A DNA stretch of 64,000 bases from Ranitomeya imitator (taxonomy: Eukaryota). The translations under genes were made by a program, and so were the position numbers. Below, piece after piece: positions 34,389 through 47,266 of this stretch. Each line of letters opens with the position of its first letter. Within the stretch, counting starts at the first letter, position 1. The notes under the pieces are model-generated. The model was not told the origin of the DNA. It did not search any database and saw only the letters and a list, made by a program, of their open reading frames with translations. Location: contig NC_091283.1 in the NCBI RefSeq assembly GCF_032444005.1, forward strand, positions 627,998,001 through 628,062,000, written 5' to 3'.

Positions 34389-34879
34389 TAAGAGACAGCA
34401 CTATACATAACAGCAGAGAAAGCTATATAATAAGGGACTGCACCATATATTATGTGCAATAATGATAATGTGTGCAAACTGTAAAGCGCTGCGGAATATG
34501 TTAGCGCTATATAAAAATAAAAAGATTATAGAAGAAGAAGATAGATTATATAACTAGAGAGGATGGTATGTAATAAGGGACAGTGTTATACATAATGAAA
34601 GAGGAAACTATGCAACTAAGGATGGTGTTATACATAATAAGTGAGTGCACTATATACAAAGGGACTGTGTTAGACATAATAAGTGAGTACACTATATACT
34701 AAAGGACTGTGCTATACATAAGTGAGTAAACTATATACTAAGGGACTGTGCTATACATAAAAAGTGACTATACTATATAATGAGGGATGGCGCTATGTAT
34801 AACAAGTGAGTACACTATTTACTAAGAGACTGTGTTAAACATAATAAGCGATAACGTCTTCCTCCACCTCCTCCTGTTG

Positions 34880-35495
34880 CTAAATCCATTATAGATCCTC
34901 ATTCCTTCCATCCCAATCCCCCACACCCCTCATTGTTTCCCTCCCCCCACATCCCATTATTGTCCTCTCCCCCACCCCATCATTGCCCATTCCACCACCT
35001 CCATCATTTCCTCCTCCCCCACCACCCCGATTATTGCCCTTTCTACCACCCCCATCATTGCCCATTCCGCCACCTCATTATTGCTTTCTCCCCACCACCC
35101 ATATCATTGTTCTTTCCCCCACCTCCATCATTGCTTTCTCCCCCACCACCTCTATCATTGCCCATTCCACCACCTCCATCATTTCTTCCTTCTCCACCAC
35201 CCCCATTATTGCCCTTTTACACCACCACCATCATTGCCTTTTCACCACCACCCCCATCATTGTCCTTTCCAGTGCCACCATCATTGCCTTTTCCTCCACC
35301 ACCCCCATCATTGCCCATTCCACCTCCATCATTTCCTCCTCCCCCACCACCCCCATTCTTGCCTTTTCCACCACCCCATCATTGTCCTTTCTACCATCTC
35401 CATCATTGCTTTCTCCCCCACCACCCCCATTATTGCCCTCTCCGTCACCCCCATTGCCTTCTCCCCCATCATCCCCATCATTGCCCTCTCCTCCA
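34880..35495. repeat. C-rich low-complexity degenerate repeat (CCACCACCCCCATCATTGCC-like)
   Basis: Strand-asymmetric; explains the Pro/His-rich ORFs 34933-35659. Confidence 0.85.
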
Positions 35496-36671
35496 CCGAC
35501 AAACACACAGACACACACAGCACTATTCACTTCTCTGCACATTCCCTCTCAGTGACACACACACCAGAAAACACTTCTCACCTCTCCGCATGCTCTCCCA
35601 CAGCTTCAATATCACCTGCAGCTTCCTCTCTCTGGCACAGCGGCTGCGGCACTGAATGATGATGTTATCCAGCTGCGTCGCTGACTGCTGTCAGACAGGG
35701 AGCGTGGGCAGGAAGCAGGATGGATCCCTGCAGCTTTGCTGCCTACAAAGCGGAGCTGCAGGGATCTCTCCCTGCCCGCTACATATGAAGGCAATCTGGC
35801 CAGGGGCCCCCCGGAGCCTCGGGGCCGGATAAAAAGGCCAGGGTCACCAATCTAACCCAAGAAGAGGTGCGGAACGGGCTAAATAAGATTAAAATAGATA
35901 AATCTCCGGGTCCGGATGGCATACACCCACGAGTACTAAGAGAACTAAGTAATGTAATAGATAAACCATTATTTCTTATTTTTAGGGACTCTATAGCGAC
36001 AGGGTCTGTTCCGAAGAACTGTCGCATAGCAAATGTGGTGCCAATATTCAAAAAGGGCTCTAAAAGTCAACCTGGAAATTATAGGCCAGTAAATCTAACC
36101 TCTATTGTTGGTAAAATATTTGAAGGGTTTCTGAGGGATGTTATTCTGGATTATCTCAATGAGAATAACTGTTTAACTCCATATCAGCATGGGTTTATGA
36201 GAAATCGCTCCTATCAAACCAATCTACCGTAATCAGTTTTTATGAAGAGGTAAGCTATAGGCTGGACCACGGTGAGTCATTGGACGTGGTATATCTCGAT
36301 TTTTCCAAAGCGTTTGATACCGTGCCGCACAAGAGGTTGGTACACAAAATGAGAATGCTTGGTCTGGGGGAAAATGTGTGTAAATGGGTTAGTAACTGGC
36401 TTAGTGATAGAAAGCAGAGGGTGGTTATAAATGGTATAGTCTCTAACTGGGTCGCTGTGACCAGTGGGGTACCGCAGGGGTCAGTATTGGGACCTGTTCT
36501 CTTCAACATATTCATTAATGATCTGGTAGAAGGTTTACACAGTAAAATATCGATATTTGCAGATGATACAAAACTATGTAAAGCAGTTAATACAAGAGAA
36601 GATAGTATTCTGCTACAGATGGATCTGGATAAGTTGGAAACTTGGGCTGAAAGGTGGCAGATGAGGTTTAA

Positions 36672-36999
36672 AGGGACTCTGTCACCTGAATTTGGCGGGA
36701 CTGGTTTTGGGTCATATGGGCGGAGTTTTCGGGTGTTTGATACACCCTTTCCTTACCCGCTGGCTGCATGCTGGCTGCAATATTGGATTGAAGTTCATTC
36801 TCTGTCCTCCATAGTACATGCCTGCGCAAAGCAATCTTGCCTTGTGCCGGTGTGTACTATGGAGGACAGAGAATGAACTTCAATCCAATATTGCAGCCAG
36901 TATGCAGCCAGCGGGTAAGGAAAGGGTGAATCAAACACCCGAAAACTCCGCCCATATGACCCTAAACCAGTCCCGCCAAATTCAGGTGACAGGTTCCCT
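36672..36999. mobile_element. Kolobok/T2-type palindromic MITE (328 bp) inserted in CR1 ORF2
   Basis: TTAA TSD (36668-36671, 37000-37003); long TIR AGGGA..CTGTCACCTGAATTTGGCGGGACTGGTTT. Confidence 0.92.
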
Positions 37000-37208
37000 T
37001 TAACAATGATAAATGTAAGGTTATACACATGGGAAGAAGGAATCAATATCACCATTACACACTGAATGGGAAACCACTGGGTAAATCTGACAGGGAGAAG
37101 GACTTGGGGATCCTAGTTAATGATAAACTTACCTGGAGCAGCCAGTGCCAGGCAGCAGCTGCCAAGGCAAACAGGATCATGGGGTGCATTAAAAGAGGTC
37201 TGGATACA

Positions 37209-39606
37209 TAGTAACATAGTAACATAGTTAGTAAGGCCGAAAAAAGACATTTGTCCATCCAGTTCAGCCTATATTCCATCATAATAAATCCCCAGATCTA
37301 CGTCCTTCTACAGAACCTAATAATTGTATGATACAATATTGTTCTGCTCCAGGAAGACATCCAGGCCTCTCTTGAACCCCTCGACTGAGTTCACCATCAC
37401 CACCTCCTCAGGCAAGCAATTCCAGATTCTCACTGCCCTAACAGTAAAGAATCCTCTTCTATGTTGGTGGAAAAACCTTCTCTCCTCCAGACGCAAAGAA
37501 TGCCCCCTTGTGCCCGTCACCTTCCTTGGTATAAACAGATCCTCAGCGAGATATTTGTATTGTCCCCTTATATACTTATACATGGTTATTAGATCGCCCC
37601 TCAGTCGTCTTTTTTCTAGACTAAATAATCCTAATTTCGCTAATCTATCTGGGTATTGTAGTTCTCCCATCCCCTTTATTAATTTTGTTGCCCTCCTTTG
37701 TACTCTCTCTAGTTCCATTATATCCTTCCTGAGCACCGGTGCCCAAAACTGGACACAGTACTCCATGTGCGGTCTAACTAGGGATTTGTACAGAGGCAGT
37801 ATAATGCTCTCATCATGTGTATCCAGACCTCTTTTAATGCACCCCATGATCCTGTTTGCCTTGGCAGCTGCTGCCTGGCACTGGCTGCTCCAGGTAAGTT
37901 TATCATTAACTAGGATCCCCAAGTCCTTCTCCCTGTCAGATTTACCCAGTGGTTTCCCATTCAGTGTGTAATGGTGACATTGATTCCTTCTTCCCATGTG
38001 TATAACCTTACATTTATCATTGTTAAACCTCATCTGCCACCTTTCAGCCCAAGTTTCCAACTTATCCAGATCCATCTGTAGCAGAATACTATCTTCTCTT
38101 GTATTAACTGCTTTACATAGTTTTGTATCATCTGCAAATATCGATATTTTACTGTGTAAACCTTCTACCAGATCATTAATGAATATGTTGAAGAGAACAG
38201 GTCCCAATACTGACCCCTGCGGTACCCCACTGGTCACAGCGACCCAGTTAGAGACTATACCATTTATAACCACCCTCTGCTTTCTATCACTAAGCCAGTT
38301 ACTAACCCATTTACACACATTTTCCCCCAGACCAAGGATTCTCATTTTGTGTACCAACCTCTTGTGCGGCACGGTATCAAACGCTTTGGAAAAATCGAGA
38401 TATACCACGTCCAATGACTCACCGTGGTCCAGCCTATAGCTTACCTCTTCATAAAAACTGATTAGATTGGTTTGACAGGAGCGATTTCTCATAAACCCAT
38501 GCTGATATGGAGTTAAACAGTTATTCTCATTGAGATAATCCAGAATAACATCCCTCAGAAACCCTTCAAATATTTTACCAACAATAGAGGTTAGACTTAC
38601 TGGCCTATAATTTCCAGGTTCACTTTTAGAGCCCTTTTTGAATATTGGCACCACATTTGCTATGCGCCAATCCTGCGGAACAGACCCTGTCTCTATAGAG
38701 TCCCTAAAAATAAGAAATAATGGTTTATCTATTACATTACTTAGTTCTCTTAGTGCTCGTGGGTGTATGCCATCCGGACCCGGAGATTTATCTATTTTAA
38801 TCTTATTTAGCCGGTTTCGCACCTCTTCTTGGGTTAGATTGGTGACCCTTAATATAGGGTTTTCATTGTTTCTTGGGATTTCACCTAGCATTTCATTTTC
38901 CACCGTGAATACCGTGGAGAAGAAGGTGTTTAATATGTTAGCTTTTTCCTCGTCATCTACAACCATTCTTTCCTCACTATTTTTTAAGGGGCCTACATTT
39001 TCAGTTTTTATTCTTTTACTATTGATATAGTTGAAGAACAGTTTGGGATTAGTTTTACTCTCCTTAGCAATGTGCTTCTCTGTTTCCTTTTTGGCAGCTT
39101 TAATTAGTTTTTTAGATAAAGTATTTTTCTCCCTATAGTTTTTTAGAGCTTCAATGGTGCCATCCTGCTTTAGTAGTGCAAATGCTTTCTTTTTACTGTT
39201 AATTGCCTGTCTTACTTCTTTGTTTAGCCACATTGGGTTTTCCCTATTTCTAGTCCTTTTATTCCCACAAGGTATAAACCGCTTACACTGCCTATTTAGG
39301 ATGTTCTTAAACATTTCCCATTTATTATCTGTATTCTTATTTCTGAGGATATTGTCCCAGTCTAATAGATTAAGGGCATCTCTAAGCTGTTCAAACTTTG
39401 CCTTCCTAAAGTTCAATGTTTTTGTGACTCCCTGACAAGTCCCCCTAGTGAAAGACAGGTGAAACTGCACAATATTGTGGTCGCTATTTCCTAAATGCCC
39501 AACCACCTGCAGATTTGTTATTCTGTCAGGTCTATTAGATAGTATTAGGTCTAAAAGTGGTGCTCCTCTGGTTGGATTCTGCACCAATTGTGAAAGATAA
39601 TTTTTC
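37209..39606 (-). mobile_element. Inner young CR1 LINE, 5'-truncated, uninterrupted ORF2 from late endonuclease domain through RT to stop
   Basis: Minus-strand ORF segment 39606-37317 (~763 codons, no stops): LDLILSN..GNSDHN, complete RT, 3'UTR and (CTATGTTA)n tail at 37206-37227. Confidence 0.95.
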
Positions 39607-40789
39607 ACACATGATGAGAGCATTATACTGCCTCTGTACAAATCCCTAGTTAGACCGCACATGGAGTACTGTGTCCAGTTTTGGGCACCGGTGCTCAGGA
39701 AGGATATAATGGAACTAGAGAGAGTACAAAGGAGGGCAACAAAATTAATAAAGGGGATGGGAGAACTACAATACCCAGATAGATTAGCGAAATTAGGATT
39801 ATTTAGTCTAGAAAAAAGACGACTGAGGGGCGATCTAATAACCATGTATAAGTATATAAGGGGACAATACAAATATCTCGCTGAGGATCTGTTTATACCA
39901 AGGAAGGTGACGGGCACAAGGGAGCATTCTTTGCGTCTGGAGGAGAGAAGGTTTTTCCACCAACATAGAAGAGGATTCTTTACTGTTAGGGCAGTGAGAA
40001 TCTGGAATTGCTTGCCTGAGGAGGTGGTGATGGCGAACTCAGTCGAGGGGTTCAAGAGAGGCCTGGATGTCTTCCTGGAGCAGAACAATATTGTATCATA
40101 CAATTATTAGGTTCTGTAGAAGGACGTAGATCTGGGGATTTATTATGATGGAATATAGGCTGAACTGGATGGACAAATGTCTTTTTTCGGCCTTACTAAC
40201 TATGTTACTATGTTACTATGTTATTGCCTTCATCATTAGCTGCCCTGCAGTGGCCTCCCTCCACCTCTGGGCCCCAATGTAGCCGCACGGGCTGCACATG
40301 CGGTATGTCCGCCCCTGATGGCTTCTTTGCATCGTAGAGCATCAATTTGCATTTGTGGATTGCATGGCAAACGGTGATCACAGACATTGATTTCAGACAT
40401 TGAAGTATCCTGGAGCCCATGCAGTGATTTGCACCAAATCATTTTAATGCAGTGCCGCCTGAGGGCCCGTAGATCACAAGCATCAAATATTGACTGTCTG
40501 TCTGGTCCCTTGTGCACACGGATTGCTCCAGAATCTCTCAATCTTTTGATATTATGTACTGTAGCTGGCAGGATGTTCCAAATTGTTTCAATGTCACTTT
40601 CACTTTGAGGAAACAGTTTCTGAAATTATCTCAATTTTTTTACATAGTTGTTCACATATTTTGTGAACCCCTGACCATCTTTGCTTCTGAGAGCCTGTGC
40701 CTCTCTAACTCGCTCTTTTTATACAGTCATGCAACTTAATTGAAAATTGACCCTCCAGTCGTCTTTCAACCCGTGATCAGGACTGTGCT

Positions 40790-42056
40790 GCTAACTAAAG
40801 ACCTGTCTCTAAACTTCCCTTCATCTCTTAACTCTTGGAACATCTGGTCCACATACGTCTAGTCTCTCTAAGATAACGCTCTTCTTGACCCCTTTCAATC
40901 TGGTTTCCACTCCTTACACTCTACAGAAACTGCCCTTACTAAAGTCTCTAATGATCTACTAACAGCTAGATCTATTGGTCTCTGCTCCCTGCTGATTCTC
41001 CCGGATCTCTGCTGCATTCTACACTGTGGATCACCAGCTCCTCCTCACTTTACACTGTGCATTGGACCTCAAGGGCGCTCTCTTGGTTCTCCTGCTACCT
41101 CTCTGACTGCTCCTTGATTGTATCTTTTGCTGGCTCCTCTTCCCCCTACTGTCTGGGTTCCTCAAGGATCAGTCCTGGGCCCCCTCCTCTTCTCCCTACA
41201 TATTGCTCCTATTGGACAAACCATCAGTAGTACTGAAAACCAAATCTATCTGTATGCTGATGACACCCAATTATACATATAATGATTATAGTCTCCTGAC
41301 ATCACCCCTGCATTACTGCAAAATATCAGTGATTGTCCGCTGTCTCTAACATAATGTTGTCCATCTACCTAAAACTCAATCTGTCAAAAACTGAAGTCCA
41401 TCCACTAATCTACCTTTGCTTGACATTGCCATTTCCTTGTGTTTTTACCTATTACTCTCCAGTAACATGCCCGCTCTCATGGGGTTATAGTTGACTCAGA
41501 TCTTTCATTCTTCCCCCACATACGATCACTCGCTTGCTCATTTCACCTACACCTCAAACACTTCTGTACAATTCAACCTTGTCTTACCTTTGTCTCTGCG
41601 AAAACTCTGTAAGGCTACGTTTACATTTGCGTTCTGCCGGGCTGCGTCGGGCGCAGCCGCGGCGACGCATGCGTCATGCACCCCTATATTTAACATGGGG
41701 GCGCATGGACATGCGTTGCGTTGCGTTTTGTGACGCATGCGTCTTTTTTGGCGCACGCGTCAGAGCGCAGAGGACGCAGCAAGTTGCATTTTTTTGCGTC
41801 CAAAATCATGCCAAAAAAAGGACACATGCGTCACAAAACAATGCGTTTTGCATGCGTTTTGGTTTGCGTTGTGCGTTGGGTCGCCGACGCAGCACCGCAC
41901 AACGCAAATGTGAACGTAGCCTAACTCATTCATTCTTGTCTGGACTATTCCAACTCTCTACTTATCGGTCTCCCTCTTACTAAACTCTCCTCTCTCCAAT
42001 CCTTCCTGAATCTAGCAGCCAGGGTCATATTCCATTCCAACCAGTACACCGATGCC
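40790..42056 (+). mobile_element. Old degraded L2 LINE, 5' portion (continues at 47267)
   Basis: [37 protein letters not shown] remnants. Confidence 0.8.
41613..41921. mobile_element. Harbinger-type MITE (309 bp) inside the old L2
   Basis: TIR GGCTACGTT(T/C)ACATT; TAA TSD; same family as 54291-54592. Confidence 0.88.
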
Positions 42057-42711
42057 CAGTAGCGTAGCTACCGTGGGGCAGTGGCCCAGGGTCCCGCGCT
42101 CTGAGGGGGCCCACCCGGAGCTATGCTACTGTAAGTGTATCGGCGTGCACAGAGCGCCGATAGTTACATTCTGCAGCAGAGCAGGGAGACATGATCTCCC
42201 TGCTATGCCGCCAGCCGCTGTGCGGCCCCTGAGGAGGCGATGGGGGCCCTGTGCCAGCAGTGGGGCCCCCACCTGTCATCGCAGGGTTAGCTTGATGAGA
42301 GAGGGAGTGTTACGCTCCTTCTCCCATCATCCCCACTGACAGGGGGTAGCGATGACATCAGTACCCAGGGCCTGCTGTCTTTTGATGAGCGGGCGCTCAG
42401 AGCACCGCGGGAAGAAGGAAGAAAGGTGAGTCTTGTTTTTTTTTTTTTCATAGGGTGCATTATATTATACAGGCTGCCAAATGGGGGTGCATCATATTGT
42501 ACTGGCTGCCAAATGGGGGTGCATTATATTGTAATGGCTGTCTAATGGGGGTGCATTATATTGTACTGGCTGCTTAATGGGGGTGCATTATATTGTAATG
42601 GCTGTCTAATGGGGGTGCATTATATTGTACTGGCTGCTTAATGGGGGTGCATTATATTGTAATGACTGCCTAATGGGGGTGCATTATATTGTACTGGCAA
42701 ATTCTCTCTCT

Positions 42712-45700
42712 CCTAGCTTCAGGTGTTTTAATTATAGTAGGTCCAATACCCCTCCACAGAGAGAGAGAATTTGAGTCCAAGAAGAGGTTTCACATGTACC
42801 CATTCAGATGGAGACGTTTATTCTCAGCGAGGTAGGTCAAGCGTAGGACCTCGTATAAGAGAGATGCCGTAAAGTGGCTACGAGGTACACATAAAATTGG
42901 CCATTTTTATGCGCTAAAAGCTCTCATTTTTCATATTTCTAGTGCAGTAATGCAGTTCAAATTTCGTGTTTTCAAGTTTGCATGTTTTGGCGCTGCAGTG
43001 TGCTGCCCTATTTACTTAACTATATACGAGTTGGCGACTCTGGGTTCAGCACCTGTTCACACTCAGTCTATGTTTGGATGTGCAGATCAGGTTTTTGAAA
43101 TGTATTCTCTAGCCTTCTGATCGTGCACTCCCTGCCTCCTAGCTTCAGGTGTTTTAATTATAGTAGGTCCAATACCCCTCCACAGAGAGAGAGAATTTGA
43201 GTCCAAGAAGAGGTTTCACATGTACCCATTCAGATGGAGACGTTTATTCTCAGCGAGGTAGGTCAAGCGTAGGACCTCGTATAAGAGAGATGCCGTAAAG
43301 TGGCTACGAGGTACACATAAAATTGGCCATTTTTATGCGCTAAAAGCTCTCATTTTTCATATTTCTAGTGCAGTAATGCAGTTCAAATTTCGTGTTTTCA
43401 AGTTTGCATGTTTTGGCGCTGCAGTGTGCTGCCCTATTTACTTAACTATATACGAGTTGGCGACTCTGGGTTCAGCACCTGTTCACACTCAGTCTATGTT
43501 TGGATGTGCAGATCAGGTTTTTGAAATGTATTCTCTAGCCTTCTGATCGTGCACTCCCTGCCTCCTAGCTTCAGGTGTTTTAATTATAGTAGGTCCAATA
43601 CCCCTCCACAGAGAGAGAGAATTTGAGTCCAAGAAGAGGTTTCACATGTACCCATTCAGATGGAGACGTTTATTCTCAGCGAGGTAGGTCAAGCGTAGGA
43701 CCTCGTATAAGAGAGATGCCGTAAAGTGGCTACGAGGTACACATAAAATTGGCCATTTTTATGCGCTAAAAGCTCTCATTTTTCATATTTCTAGTGCAGT
43801 AATGCAGTTCAAATTTCGTGTTTTCAAGTTTGCATGTTTTGGCGCTGCAGTGTGCTGCCCTATTTACTTAACTATATACGAGTTGGCGACTCTGGGTTCA
43901 GCACCTGTTCACACTCAGTCTATGTTTGGATGTGCAGATCAGGTTTTTGAAATGTATTCTCTAGCCTTCTGATCGTGCACTCCCTGCCTCCTAGCTTCAG
44001 GTGTTTTAATTATAGTAGGTCCAATACCCCTCCACAGAGAGAGAGAATTTGAGTCCAAGAAGAGGTTTCACATGTACCCATTCAGATGGAGACGTTTATT
44101 CTCAGCGAGGTAGGTCAAGCATAGGACCTCGTATAAGAGAGATGCCGTAAAGTGGCTACGAGGTACACATAAAATTGGCCATTTTTATGCGCTAAAAGCT
44201 CTCATTTTTCATATTTCTAGTGCAGTAATGCAGTTCAAATTTCGTGTTTTCAAGTTTGCATGTTTTGGCGCTGCAGTGTGCTGCCCTATTTACTTAACTA
44301 TATACGAGTTGGCGACTCTGGGTTCAGCACCTGTTCACACTCAGTCTATGTTTGGATGTGCAGATCAGGTTTTTGAAATGTATTCTCTAGCCTTCTGATC
44401 GTGCACTCCCTGCCTCCTAGCTTCAGGTGTTTTAATTATAGTAGGTCCAATACCCCTCCACAGAGAGAGAGAATTTGAGTCCAAGAAGAGGTTTCACATG
44501 TACCCATTCAGATGGAGACGTTTATTCTCAGCGAGGTAGGTCAAGCGTAGGACCTCGTATAAGAGAGATGCCGTAAAGTGGCTACGAGGTACACATAAAA
44601 TTGGCCATTTTTATGCGCTAAAAGCTCTCATTTTTCATATTTCTAGTGCAGTAATGCAGTTCAAATTTCGTGTTTTCAAGTTTGCATGTTTTGGCGCTGC
44701 AGTGTGCTGCCCTATTTACTTAACTATATACGAGTTGGCGACTCTGGGTTCAGCACCTGTTCACACTCAGTCTATGTTTGGATGTGCAGATCAGGTTTTT
44801 GAAATGTATTCTCTAGCCTTCTGATCGTGCACTCTGCCTCCTAGCTTCAGGTGTTTTAATTATAGTAGGTCCAATACCCCTCCACAGAGAGAGAGAATTT
44901 GAGTCCAAGAAGAGGTTTCACTTGTACCCATTCAGATGGAGACGTTTATTCTCAGCGAGGTAGGTCAAGCGTAGGACCTCGTATAAGAGAGATGCCGTAA
45001 AGTGGCTACGAGGTACACATAAAATTGGCCATTTTTATGCTCTAAAAGCTCTCATTTTTCATATTTCCTCTTATTTCTTATTCTTATTTCCATATTGTAC
45101 TCTTGCAAAACTCTCCCCGCTCCAATCTGTCCTGAATGCTGCAGCCAGGATCATATTCCTCACCAACCGTTACACCGATGCCTCTACCCTGTGCCAGTCA
45201 TTACACTGGCTACCCATCCACTCCAGAATCCAGTACAAAACTACTACCCTCATCCACAAAGCACTCCATGGCTCAGCACCACCCTACATCTCCTCCCTGG
45301 TATCAGTCTACCACCCTACCCGTGCCCTCCGCTCTGCTAATGACCTCAGGTTAGCATCCTCAATAATCAGAACCTCCCACTCCCGTCTCCAAGACTTTAC
45401 ACGTGCTGCGCCGATTCTTTGGAATGCACTACCTAGGTTAATACGATTAATCCCCAATCCCCACAGTTTTAAGCGTGCCCTAAAAACTCATTTGTTCAGA
45501 CTGGCCTACCGCCTCAATGCATTAACCTAACGATCCCTGTGTGGCCTATTTATAATAAAAAAAAAAAAAGGTTCCTCGCATCATGTTCTCATACACTTTA
45601 TGCAGTATTAGCCCTCTGTGTCTGTACTGCTACATACTTAGGCAGGTAACTGGTTCATGCAGCTTTACATGAACACCTGAGCCTTACACTATAGCTGGTC

Positions 45701-46000
45701 CGAATAACTAAAGCAATTGTTACCATCCACCTCTCGTGTCTCCCCTTTTCCCCATAGTTTGTAAGCTTGCGAGCAGGGCCCTCACTCCTCCTGGTATCTG
45801 TTTTGAACTGTATTTCTGTTATGCTGTAATGTCTATTGTCTGTACAAGTCCCCTCTATAATTTGTAAAGCGCTGCGGAATATGTTGGCGCTATATAAATA
45901 AAATTATTATTATTATTATATTATTATTTCTAGTGCAGTAATGCAGTTCAAATTTCGTGTTTTCAAGTTTGCATGTTTTGGCGCTGCAGTGTGCTGCCCT
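42712..46000. repeat. 426-bp tandem array, ~5.7 near-identical copies (42712-45067 and 45931-46000), unclassified
   Basis: Unit starts at 42712, 43138, 43564, 43990, 44416, 44840; only a few differences seen. Confidence 0.95.
45068..45930 (+). mobile_element. Young 5'-truncated L2 3' end inserted in the last 426-bp unit
   Basis: ORF2 C-terminus (LHWLPIHSRIQYK); 3' stem-loop AGCGCTGCGGAATATGTTGGCGCT; (ATT)n tail; candidate TSD TATTTC (45062-45067, 45925-45930). Confidence 0.88.
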
Positions 46001-47266
46001 CATTATATTATACAGACTGCCTAATGGGGGTGCATTATATTATACAGACTGCCTAATGGGGGTGCATTATATTATACAGGCTGCCTAATGGGGGTGCATT
46101 ATATTGTACTGTCTGCCTAATGGGGGTGCATTATATTGTACTGGCTGCCTAATGGGGGTGCATTATATTGTACTGGCTGCCTAATGGGGGTGCATTATAC
46201 TATACAAGCTGCCTAATGGGGGTGCATTATACTGTACAGGCTGCCTAATGGGGGTGCATTATACTATACAGACTGTATAATGGGGGTGCATTATATTATA
46301 CAGACTGCCTAATGGGGGTGCATTATATTATACAGACTGCCTAATGGGGGTGCATTATACTATACAGGCTGCCTAATGGGGGTGCATTATACTGTACAGG
46401 CTGCCTAATGGGGGTGCATTATACTATATAGGCTGCCTAATGGGGGTGCATTATACTGTACAGGCTGCCTAATGGGGGTGCATTATATTGTACTGGCTGC
46501 CTAATGGGGGTGCATTATATTGTACTGGCTGCCTAATGGGGGTGCATTATACTATACAAGCTGCCTAATGGGGGTGCATTATACTGTACAGGCTGCCTAA
46601 TGGGGGTGCATTATACTATACAGACTGTATAATGGGGGTGCATTATATTATACAGACTGCCTAATGGGGGTGCATTATATTATACAGACTGCCTAATGGG
46701 GGTGCATTATACTATACAGGCTGCCTAATGGGGGTGCATTATACTGTACAGGCTGCCTAATGGGGGTGCATTATACTATATAGGCTGCCTAATGGGGGTG
46801 CATTATACTGTACAGGCTGCCTAATGGGGGTGCATTATACTATACAGACTGCCTAATGGGGGTGCATTATATTATACAGACTGCCTAATGGGGGTGCATT
46901 ATATTATACAGGCTGCCTAATGGGGGTGCATTATACTATACAGACTGCCTAATGGAGGTGCATTATATTGTACTGGCTGCCCAATGGGGGTGCATTATAT
47001 TATACAGGCTGCCTAATGGGGGTGCATTATATTGTACTGGCTGCCTAATGGGGGTCCATTATATTGTACTTGTACTAGCTGCCTAATGGGGTGCATTATA
47101 CTATACAGACTGCCTAATGGGGGTGCATTATATTGCACTGGCTGCCTAATGGGGGTGCATTATACTATACAGGCTGCCTAATGGGGGTGCATTATATTGT
47201 ACTGGCTGCCTAATGGGGGTGCATTATACTATACAAGCTGCCTAATGGGGGTGCATTATACTGTAC

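Larger units (their letters stand above)
35840..40223 (+). mobile_element. Outer 5'-truncated CR1 LINE (35840-36671, 37004-37208, 39607-40223) split by two insertions
   Basis: RT motifs [30 protein letters not shown]; reading frame resumes after each insert; (CTATGTTA)3 tail; small frameshifting insertion near 36225. Confidence 0.95.
42057..47266. mobile_element. hAT-like non-autonomous element (left end CAGTAGCGTAGC) with a 32-bp minisatellite; right end deleted
   Basis: 32-bp unit CTGCCTAATGGGGGTGCATTATATTATACAGA at 42453-42698 and 46001-47266; flanking L2 resumes ~75 bp further along its consensus. Confidence 0.6.

Noticed and set aside
34933-35659. Pro/His/Thr-rich ORFs resembling extensin or mucin
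   Set aside because: Low-complexity C-rich repeat, open in all three frames, with no splice context.
37324-39435. Plus-strand ORFs of 93-215 aa (MYDTILFC..., MCITLHL..., MNIGTTF...)
   Set aside because: Antisense open frames of CR1 ORF2; the same peptides recur at each CR1 copy.
42712-45067. Hammerhead ribozyme (retrozyme/satellite-2 type) in the 426-bp unit
   Set aside because: No CTGANGA or TTGANAA core correctly placed with a stem and GAAA on either strand; the ACCTCGTA/TACGAGGT stem also did not fit a twister core by eye.
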